Made by a program: the position numbers and the translations under genes
Assembly: GCA_000043285.1 (NCBI GenBank)
Contig: BX248583.1
Location: forward strand, 1 to 32,000
Reading direction: 5' to 3'
Source: Candidatus Blochmanniella floridana
GTDB taxonomy: Bacteria > Pseudomonadota > Gammaproteobacteria > Enterobacterales > Enterobacteriaceae
Length of the DNA: 32,000 bases
Shown: positions 24,707 to 32,000 of the stretch, piece by piece
Position numbering within the stretch: the stretch's first letter is position 1
Layout: each line of letters begins with the position of its first letter
The notes under the pieces: model-generated
Databases searched by the model: none
Told to the model about the DNA's origin: nothing
Seen by the model: only the letters and a program-made list of their open reading frames with translations

Positions 24707-26794
24707 ATGATAAAACTAAATCAGGATTTTTTATCAAATTTGCCTGCATTTTCTTCTATGAAGTTAAGTGATGTTAGTGGTTTTATACAAAAAAAAATAA
24801 ATAACTGTTATTCTACAGTGGAAAAAATTTTATCAAAAAAATTAGTTACTATTTCTTGGAAAGAAATATATGATCCTATTATGTTTGCAGAAAATGAGTT
24901 AAAATTAGCTTGGTCTCCTATAGTTCATTTGTATCGTGTAAGAAATGATGAGTCATTACGATTAGTATATGAGAATAATTTAATGTCTATATTAGAATAT
25001 AGATATTGGATAACGCATAATACTAATTTATATAAATATTATTGTTTATTGAGTAAGCAAGATTCTTATAAAAGCTTAAATATTACGAAAAAGATGGCAT
25101 TAAGAAGAACTTTGATTAATTATAAATTATCAGGAGTCTATTTGTCTGGTGATAAAAAGAAATATTATCGACGTATTGTCTCAGAATTAACTAAACTTAG
25201 TTTATATTATGAAAATAATGTTTTAGACGCAACATTAGGTTGGAAGAAATTAATTACTAATAAAGATTTATTATCTGGAATACCAGAAGATAAATTAAAA
25301 ATAGCATGTTTAGAAGCTCAACTTAATAATCAAAAAGGTTGGTTGTTTACGTTACATTATCCTAGTTATTCTGCTATTTTATTATATTGTGATAATTCGG
25401 AATTGAGAGAGGAATTTTATTGGGCTTTTAATACTCGAGCTTCAGATCAAGGGCCGAATGCGAATCAATGGGATAATACTGAGATTATGAATGAAATTAT
25501 ATCATTAAGACATAATTTAGCACAAACATTAGGATTTAATAGTTATTTGGAAAAATCTTTACAAGAAAAGATGAATAAGAATCCTCAACAAATACTTAAT
25601 TTTTTAATGAATTTGTCAAATCATATTAAGTATAGTATTAGTGAAGAATTTTTAAAAATTCAGAATTTTGCAAAGAAATATTATTCTTGTGTAAATATGC
25701 AACCTTGGGATTATGAATATTTTCGTGAGAAACAAAAAATGTATCTTTTTTCTGTTTCAGAAACAGAATTAAGTGTTTATTTTCCAGAAGAGAAAGTTTT
25801 GGATGTAATGTTTGAAATAGCAAAGCGCTTGTATGGTATTAGTATAAAAAAACGTAATTATGTAGATGTGTGGCATCCTAGTGTTCAGTTTTTTGATATT
25901 TTTGATTTGAATAATAAGAAATGGAAGGGAGGATTTTATTTAGATTTATATTTAAGAGACAATAAGTTTGGTGGAGCCTGGATGGATGTATATTCAGATA
26001 TGATGCACACTGAAGGTATGTTATATAAACAATATCCGATAGTATATTTAATTTGCAATTTTTCTGTTATTGATAAAAAGTTTGGCCAATCGTGTTTATT
26101 AACATTTGATAATGTAAGCACTCTTTTTCATGAATTTGGACATGTATTACATCATATATTAACATCAATAAGTATTCCAAGTATTTCTGGTGTTAATGGA
26201 GTTTCATTAGATTTGGTAGAGGTTCCTAGTCAATTTATGGAAAAATTTTGTTGGGATACAAATATATTACGTGCAATGTCTATGCATTATAAAACAAAAA
26301 AATCTTTATCAAATAAAATGATTAATAATGTGCAGAAATTACAATTATATCAATCAAAATATAATTTATTTAAACAGGTTATATATGGGTTATTTGATTA
26401 TCATATTCATCATGAATATGATTTAAATCAAAAAATACCAGTATTTTTGGTATTTAATAAAATAATAAAGAGTATATTTTCATATCCAGTTATGAATACT
26501 GATAGATTTCCTAATACTTTTACTCATATTTTTTCTGATGATTATGCAGCAGGGTACTATAGTTATTTATGGTCAGATACATTAGCATCGAAGATTTGGT
26601 TAAGTTTTAAAAAAATGAAATTGAAAAATATAAATTTAAGAAAATTGATTTTTGATGATATGCTTTATTTAAGTATGTCTACAAATTGTGAGAAATATTT
26701 TTCTAGTTTTTTTAATAAAACGGTTACGATACAATCTCTTTTAAAATATTATAACATATCTACATTAGATAATAATTTTTTTAAATTATTATAG
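24707..26794 (+). CDS. prlC: oligopeptidase A (M3 family zinc metallopeptidase)
   Basis: About 695 aa. The zinc motif HEFGHVLHH has a downstream EVPSQFME. RASDQGPNANQWDN, GGAWMD and YAAGYYSYLW blocks are colinear with E. coli PrlC/OpdA. The ATG at 24707 (MIKLNQDFLSNLPAFS) aligns with the E. coli N-terminus. The ORF track GTG at 24683 adds 8 hydrophobic residues. Confidence 0.94.
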   Translation: MIKLNQDFLSNLPAFSSMKLSDVSGFIQKKINNCYSTVEKILSKKLVTISWKEIYDPIMFAENELKLAWSPIVHLYRVRNDESLRLVYENNLMSILEYRYWITHNTNLYKYYCLLSKQDSYKSLNITKKMALRRTLINYKLSGVYLSGDKKKYYRRIVSELTKLSLYYENNVLDATLGWKKLITNKDLLSGIPEDKLKIACLEAQLNNQKGWLFTLHYPSYSAILLYCDNSELREEFYWAFNTRASDQGPNANQWDNTEIMNEIISLRHNLAQTLGFNSYLEKSLQEKMNKNPQQILNFLMNLSNHIKYSISEEFLKIQNFAKKYYSCVNMQPWDYEYFREKQKMYLFSVSETELSVYFPEEKVLDVMFEIAKRLYGISIKKRNYVDVWHPSVQFFDIFDLNNKKWKGGFYLDLYLRDNKFGGAWMDVYSDMMHTEGMLYKQYPIVYLICNFSVIDKKFGQSCLLTFDNVSTLFHEFGHVLHHILTSISIPSISGVNGVSLDLVEVPSQFMEKFCWDTNILRAMSMHYKTKKSLSNKMINNVQKLQLYQSKYNLFKQVIYGLFDYHIHHEYDLNQKIPVFLVFNKIIKSIFSYPVMNTDRFPNTFTHIFSDDYAAGYYSYLWSDTLASKIWLSFKKMKLKNINLRKLIFDDMLYLSMSTNCEKYFSSFFNKTVTIQSLLKYYNISTLDNNFFKLL

Positions 26795-26942
26795 TTTAAT
26801 AATGAATTATATAAATAATCAATTTTAGTATATAATTATTACATATATTATGTTGTGTAGATATTATTGAGTAATATGTATATAAATATGTTTGTATGCA
26901 ATATCAATGTGGAAATAATTAATGATATTGTGTATGCTATAT

Positions 26943-28562
26943 TTAGATATATTTATGCAATAATTTTAATATTGATAAATAAAAAATGCTACTTAATATA
27001 ATAGTAGCAGGGACAGTTAAAGTCCAGGTCATTATTATATTTTTAATTATTTTTATTTGAACTCCCCATCCTCGTATTAACATACTTCCAGTAATAGATG
27101 AAGATAGAACATGTGTAGTAGAAACAGGCATCCCTATATAACTTGCTATTCCTATAGATATAGCAGTAGTTAATTGCGCTGATAAACCTTGTGCATAAGT
27201 CATTTTCTTTTTTCCTATTTTTTCGCCAATGGTAATGGCTACTCTTTTCCATCCTATCGTTGTACCTAAAGATAGTGATATAGCAACAGTTATGATAATC
27301 CAGGTTGGAGCATATTCTACAGTGTTCAATAGGTGTGTTTTTATATTTTTTAAGAATTTTTTATTTGAGTGAGGAATATCTGGGTATTTTGTTATTTGAT
27401 CTAATATATCTGCTATATATATTAATAATTGTCTCATTCTAAAGCGTTGACTGGAAGTTAATTGTTCATAACTGTTTAAATTTTCGAGTAATGATAAAGT
27501 ATTGTGTATAATAATGAAATTTAATGAAAAATCATGAAAGAATTTTTTTATTTGTTCTGAAGAATACAATTGTGATATTTCACAATTGTAATTTGATGAA
27601 TGATTTTCATGGTTATGAATAAAAGTATGTATTAAATCTTGTATAGATGGATCAATAACAGTAAGTTGGTGTAATGCTATGGATTGAGGCATAGATATAA
27701 TTTCTGATGGAATAATATTTTTATAATCATTATAATATTGAGTATAATATTCCTGAAAATTATTTACTGCATTACGAGTATTGATAATATCTTCGGTATT
27801 TGAATACATGTTTAACATGAAATTATCTGGAGCTACTCCTACTAAAAGTAACATGATAAGTCCAATACCTTTTTGACCATCGTTTGCTCCATGTGAAAAG
27901 CTAACTCCGGCCGCTGATATAATAAGAATTATTCGAATCCATAATGATGGTTGTTTTCGACCTCTTAATAATTCCTGTTCGGATGGGGTTATATGTATTT
28001 CTTGATATGTATTATTCTTTCGATATCGAAATAGTAATAGCATTATTGTACGGGCTAGTATTAATCCAATTATAGGTGATATAAGCAAGGATAGAAAAAT
28101 ATTAATTAATTGAGTAATATTTAATTCTTGGTTTATTGGATAGTTAGTGATAAATGAATTAGCAAATCCAATTCCAATTAAAGCTCCAATTAAAGTATGA
28201 GAACTAGATGTAGGTAATCCGAAATACCAAGTGCCTAAGTTCCATAGGATGGCTGCAAATAATATAGAGAAGATCATAATTAAAATATGATTGGCACTGG
28301 TATTCATAAAGAAATATGTAGGGATTAAATGAATAATAGTGTATGTTACACTAACTCCTCCTAATATTACTCCTAGGAAATTAAATATTCCTGACATTAT
28401 TACTGCATTATGTGAACGTAATGCACAGGTGTAAATAACAGGAACGACAGAATTAGCAGTATCGTGAAATCCATTAATAGCTTCATAAATAAATATAAAG
28501 CATAATGCTAATACTAACATCATTCTAATATGTATTTCTAAATCAGAGAATAAATATGACAT
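26943..28562 (-). CDS. pitA: low-affinity inorganic phosphate transporter (PiT family)
   Basis: 539 aa. YEAINGFHDTAN, WNLGTWYFGLPTSSSHTLIGALIGIG, FSHGANDGQKGIGLIMLLLVGVAP, GEKIGKKKMTYAQGLSAQ and GMPVSTTHVLSSS match E. coli PitA nearly block for block. The central cytoplasmic loop is longer. Confidence 0.96.
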   Translation of the reverse strand: MSYLFSDLEIHIRMMLVLALCFIFIYEAINGFHDTANSVVPVIYTCALRSHNAVIMSGIFNFLGVILGGVSVTYTIIHLIPTYFFMNTSANHILIMIFSILFAAILWNLGTWYFGLPTSSSHTLIGALIGIGFANSFITNYPINQELNITQLINIFLSLLISPIIGLILARTIMLLLFRYRKNNTYQEIHITPSEQELLRGRKQPSLWIRIILIISAAGVSFSHGANDGQKGIGLIMLLLVGVAPDNFMLNMYSNTEDIINTRNAVNNFQEYYTQYYNDYKNIIPSEIISMPQSIALHQLTVIDPSIQDLIHTFIHNHENHSSNYNCEISQLYSSEQIKKFFHDFSLNFIIIHNTLSLLENLNSYEQLTSSQRFRMRQLLIYIADILDQITKYPDIPHSNKKFLKNIKTHLLNTVEYAPTWIIITVAISLSLGTTIGWKRVAITIGEKIGKKKMTYAQGLSAQLTTAISIGIASYIGMPVSTTHVLSSSITGSMLIRGWGVQIKIIKNIIMTWTLTVPATIILSSIFYLSILKLLHKYI

Positions 28563-28886
28563 AAAGATGCGCCACTTTTAGCAATAATAGTTTATGTGAG
28601 TATATTGATGATTTGTGATGTAATTATAAAATATACTGTTTTTAAAATAATTACAAACATAGATATATATATGAAATATTGTGTTATGGTGTAATTGTAT
28701 ATTTTTGCAGTATAAATATTTATATATCATTATTTATTGATCATGAATATTATTATTTTATTTGTGAATTGTAATTAAATATATTATTACTTTTATCATT
28801 AAAAAAAAATTGTTTCAATATGGTAAGTATTTTTTATATATTGGAGTAATATGTGATTTGTTTTCGTGTATTATAATAGGATTGAT

Positions 28887-29741
28887 ATGTATAAAAGATG
28901 TATTGGTTTTATTAAATTAATGAGAGTACATCAACCTGTTGGTTTCTTTTTATTACTTTGGCCAACGTTATGGGCGTTATGGATTACAAATCGAGGTATA
29001 CCTGATTTTATAGTGTTGAGTTTATTTATCGTAGGAGTGATGTGTATGAGGTCTGCTGGATGTGTAATTAATGATTATATTGATTATGATATTGATATGT
29101 GTGTTCAGCGTACTATACGGAGACCTATAGTAATTGGATCTGTTAAAAAACAGGAAGCGTTATGGGTTTTTTTTATTCTTATTTTAATTGCATTAATTGT
29201 TGTATGTGTTTTCAATAACATTATTGCTGTATTTTTATCATTAATAGTATTAGGTTTATCAATAATATATCCTTATTTAAAAAGATATATTTATCTCCCT
29301 CAATTGGTGTTAGGAATTATATTTAGTTGGTCTATTTTAATAGTGTATACAGTTATGAATTGTGCTGTAAATAAAACAACTTGGTTACTTTTTTTAGCAA
29401 ATACCATTTGGGTTGTTTTATACGATACAGAATACGCTATGGTAGATCGAGATGATGATAAATGTATAGGTATTAAGTCCTCTGCTCTTTTATTTGGGAA
29501 AATAGATAAAATTGTAATAGGAATATTACAATTATTGACAGTATTTATACTTTATATAATAGGAATTGTAGAACAATTACCTATAATATTTTATTTATTT
29601 TCTATAGTTGGTGCAAGTATATTATTTATATGGCAACAAGTGTTAATTTTTAATAGAAACAGAGAAAAATGTTTGTGGGCTTTTTTGAGTAATAGTTATG
29701 TGGGTATGTTAATTTTTGTAGGGATAGTATTAAGTTTTTAA
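28887..29741 (+). CDS. ubiA: 4-hydroxybenzoate octaprenyltransferase
   Basis: About 284 aa. LMRVHQPVGFFLLLWPTLWALWI, the Asp-rich motif GCVINDYIDYDID, YPYLKRYIYLPQLVLG and YDTEYAMVDRDDDKCIGIKSSALLFG are colinear with E. coli UbiA. The ATG at 28887 is preceded by AGGA at 28878-81. The ORF track GTG at 28866 adds 7 residues. Confidence 0.95.
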   Translation: MYKRCIGFIKLMRVHQPVGFFLLLWPTLWALWITNRGIPDFIVLSLFIVGVMCMRSAGCVINDYIDYDIDMCVQRTIRRPIVIGSVKKQEALWVFFILILIALIVVCVFNNIIAVFLSLIVLGLSIIYPYLKRYIYLPQLVLGIIFSWSILIVYTVMNCAVNKTTWLLFLANTIWVVLYDTEYAMVDRDDDKCIGIKSSALLFGKIDKIVIGILQLLTVFILYIIGIVEQLPIIFYLFSIVGASILFIWQQVLIFNRNREKCLWAFLSNSYVGMLIFVGIVLSF

Positions 29742-29902
29742 TGAAAAATTTATTTTTGTTAAAATAGAATTTAAATTATTTATTGAATATATTTATTGAA
29801 AAAAACATATATGTTGGGTATTAAATTTTAAAATTAATGTATTATGTTAATATAAGTTGTTGAATTTATCATATTTACTAGATAATGATAATATAAATAC
29901 GA

Positions 29903-30382
29903 TTATTTGTATAGTGGGTGTGAAAAGATTAATTTGTTTGTGCATTGTAAACATAATCCATGTGATTCAATTATATTGTTATGTATATTAAATCCAGTGA
30001 GTTTAGCTTTATGTTGTAGTATTATTTCGATTTCTTTTATTGCTTGTTCTGTTACTTGTTTGCAGTGGTTGCAAATAAAAAAAATGAAATTATGTGATAA
30101 TTCTAAAAAATTTTGACATAACATAAATTTGTTCGTGGATTCAATCCGATGTATAAATCCTTGTTTTAATAAAAAGTTTAAAGCTCGATATATAGTAGAT
30201 GGTTTAGCATGGGGTAATGAAGAGGTTCTGGATAAGTGTAACAAATCATAAGCACTAACTGCTTTTTGATATTGTTTAGAAATTAATTTTAATACTTCTA
30301 TTCGTTGTGGGGTGAGACGAACTTGTCTTTGTGCACATATTTTTTTTGTTTGTATTAAAAGTTTGTGGGTATGTAAATTCAT
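29903..30382 (-). CDS. zur: Fur-family zinc uptake regulator Zur
   Basis: 159 aa. KKICAQRQVRLTPQRIEVLKLIS...AVSAYDLL...AKPSTIYRALNFLLKQGFIHRIESTNKFMLC parallels E. coli Zur (EKICAQRNVRLTPQRLEVLRLMS...AISAYDLL...AKPPTVYRALDFLLEQGFVHKVESTNSYVLC). Both CxxC pairs are retained (CNHC, CLQC). It lies in the ubiA...zur...dnaB neighbourhood, as in E. coli. Confidence 0.85.
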   Translation of the reverse strand: MNLHTHKLLIQTKKICAQRQVRLTPQRIEVLKLISKQYQKAVSAYDLLHLSRTSSLPHAKPSTIYRALNFLLKQGFIHRIESTNKFMLCQNFLELSHNFIFFICNHCKQVTEQAIKEIEIILQHKAKLTGFNIHNNIIESHGLCLQCTNKLIFSHPLYK

Positions 30383-30664
30383 GTTGTTACTCCTGGAATA
30401 TTGTGCTTTATGATTTATTATATTGGTATTGAATTTGAATTAGTTAATAATATAAAAGGATATTTGTATAAAATTTATCTGAAATAAACAAGCGTATTAT
30501 TATTATATAATAACGTGATATTTAAAGATTTTGTTATTAATTTTATCGTAAAAATTTTTATTTTAAAATGAAATTAATGATTAATTATATTTGAAATAAT
30601 AGTATAACACAGTTATTTATATTAAATTTGTTATTATTTATATACATGGGATAATTAATTTTAT

Positions 30665-32000
30665 ATGTTGAAAAAAAAATATATTAAAAATTCGAATATC
30701 GTTCGAGATGATCAAATAAACAATATAAAGATATTACCGTATTCATTAGAAGCAGAACAATCGGTATTAGGAAGTTTAATGTTAGATAATGAAAAATGGG
30801 ATGAGGTATTTACTCAAATAGTTTCGGATGATTTTTTTAATTATGCGCATCGAATTATTTTTTTAGAAATGCAACGTTTATTAGAATCAAATAGTCCTAT
30901 TGATTTGATAACATTATCAGAATCTTTAGAGATTCAAGGAAAATTGGAATCGGTAGGAGGTTTTGGTTATTTAGCAGAGTTATCTAAGAATGTTCCGAGT
31001 GTTTCTAATATCAATGCATATACTAATATTGTGAAGGAACGATCAACAATACGGTCTATTATTACTACAGCTAACGAAATTGCTAATGCTGGTTACAATA
31101 CTCAAGGTAGAAGTAGTGAGGAATTATTGGATTTTGCTGAATCTCTGATTTTTAGTATTTCACGTAGTAGGAATGATAAATTTTTTACTCCTAAATCCAT
31201 AGATCATATTTTATATGATACTATTTCGCATCTTGATCAGGCTCATGGAAATATAAGAGATGGTATTACTGGTATTTCTAGTGGATATATAGATTTAGAT
31301 AAAAAAACACATGGATTACATAAATCTGATTTAATTATTATAGCAGCACGGCCTGCGATGGGGAAAACCGCATTTGCTATGAATTTATGCGAACATGTAG
31401 CAATGACTGAATTAAAACCAGTGTTGATATTTAGTTTAGAAATGACTGGAGAGCAAATAGTAATGAGGATGTTATCCTCTTTATCTCGTGTAGATTATAT
31501 ACGTATCCGAACGGGTCAATTGAATAGCGAAGATCGATCGAGAATTTCGAGTACTATTGAATTATTGTTAGAGAAACGTAATTTATATATAGATGATTCT
31601 TCATATCTTACTCCTACTGATGTGAGAGGTAGATCGCGTAGATTATTTCGAGAACATGATGGACTAAGTTTAATTATGATTGATTATTTGCAATTGATGA
31701 GAGTGCCAACTCTTGCTAATAATCGTACATTGGAAATTTCAGAGATTTCTAGATCTTTAAAAGCTTTAGCCAAAGAATTGAAAGTTCCAGTAATTGCTAT
31801 TTCTCAGTTGAATAGGAGTTTAGAACAAAGAGTAGATAAACATCCTATTAATTCAGATTTACGCGAATCTGGTTCGATTGAACAAGATGCGGATTTAATT
31901 TTATTTATTTATAGAGATGAATTATATAATGAGAATAGTGATATGAAAGGTATTGCTGAAATCATTTTGGGTAAGCAACGAAATGGGCCTGTTGGTACTG
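30665..32000 (+). CDS. dnaB: replicative DNA helicase DnaB (3-prime end beyond the window)
   Basis: This gene is not in the ORF track because there is no stop codon inside the window. The frame is open from ATG 30665 to the window end. The manual translation MLKKKYIKNSNIVRDDQINNIKILPYSLEAEQSVLGSLMLDNEKWDE matches the E. coli HSIEAEQSVLGGLMLDNERWDD. Later blocks read off the DNA are AARPAMGKTAFAMN (Walker A), IMIDYLQLMRVP, NRTLEISEISRSLKALAKELKVPVIAISQLNRSLEQR, SDLRESGSIEQDADLI and GKQRNGPVGT. Confidence 0.96.
   Translation, partial: MLKKKYIKNSNIVRDDQINNIKILPYSLEAEQSVLGSLMLDNEKWDEVFTQIVSDDFFNYAHRIIFLEMQRLLESNSPIDLITLSESLEIQGKLESVGGFGYLAELSKNVPSVSNINAYTNIVKERSTIRSIITTANEIANAGYNTQGRSSEELLDFAESLIFSISRSRNDKFFTPKSIDHILYDTISHLDQAHGNIRDGITGISSGYIDLDKKTHGLHKSDLIIIAARPAMGKTAFAMNLCEHVAMTELKPVLIFSLEMTGEQIVMRMLSSLSRVDYIRIRTGQLNSEDRSRISSTIELLLEKRNLYIDDSSYLTPTDVRGRSRRLFREHDGLSLIMIDYLQLMRVPTLANNRTLEISEISRSLKALAKELKVPVIAISQLNRSLEQRVDKHPINSDLRESGSIEQDADLILFIYRDELYNENSDMKGIAEIILGKQRNGPVGT

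Noticed and set aside
25638-26121. Two 61-aa minus-strand ORFs (25638-25823, 25936-26121) inside prlC
   Set aside because: Both are antisense to conserved prlC blocks, with no RBS and no motifs.
27043-27252. 69-aa minus-strand ORF in an alternative frame inside pitA
   Set aside because: It is on the same strand as pitA but out of frame, across the conserved GEKIGKK...STTHVLSS region. The pitA frame is clearly the real one.
29778-29800. Direct repeat ATTTATTGAA x2 in the ubiA-zur spacer
   Set aside because: It is a short, low-complexity AT repeat with no flanking structure suggesting a mobile element or binding-site array.
29907-30116. 69-aa plus-strand Cys-rich ORF inside zur
   Set aside because: It is antisense to zur. 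The cysteine richness is simply the complement of the codons around the zur CxxC and Gln/Ala region. It is not a plausible small metal-binding protein.

Overview
This window is a dense, colinear block of core housekeeping genes. It comes from an extremely AT-rich genome (by eye about a fifth to a quarter G+C, not computed) that is strongly reduced and derived from Enterobacterales, of the insect-endosymbiont type.

Gene order:
- mnmG, then atpBEFHAGDC, then glmU (+)
- mnmE-yidC-yidD-rnpA-rpmH (-)
- dnaN-gyrB-ibpA (+)
- an AI-2E/PerM-like membrane protein (-)
- glyQ-glyS (+)
- sodA (-)
- prlC (+)
- pitA (-)
- ubiA (+)
- zur (-)
- dnaB (+, runs off the window end)

All products align essentially end to end with E. 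coli orthologues recalled from memory, and they show heavy K/I/N/Y/F enrichment. I see no tRNA or rRNA genes, CRISPR arrays, transposases, phage genes or defence-type cassettes, so I do not think this window holds a novel multi-gene system.

The points worth a second look are structural:
1. dnaA is completely absent from the otherwise conserved rpmH | dnaN junction. recF, rsmG/atpI, glmS, ibpB and ubiC are also missing from their canonical positions. This pattern matches what is published for Wigglesworthia glossinidia (and for dnaA also Blochmannia), but I cannot confirm species without a search.
2. A perfect 37-bp-arm inverted repeat (78 nt in total) is built from the last codons of glyS and sits exactly between convergent glyS and sodA. 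It is far longer than chance allows.
3. Two genes are not in the ORF track but are clearly present: rpmH (46 aa) and the 3-prime-truncated dnaB.

Several ORF-track starts (atpE, atpD, dnaN, prlC, ubiA) look like upstream over-extensions at TTG/GTG codons. I give the internal ATG that matches the orthologue N-terminus.
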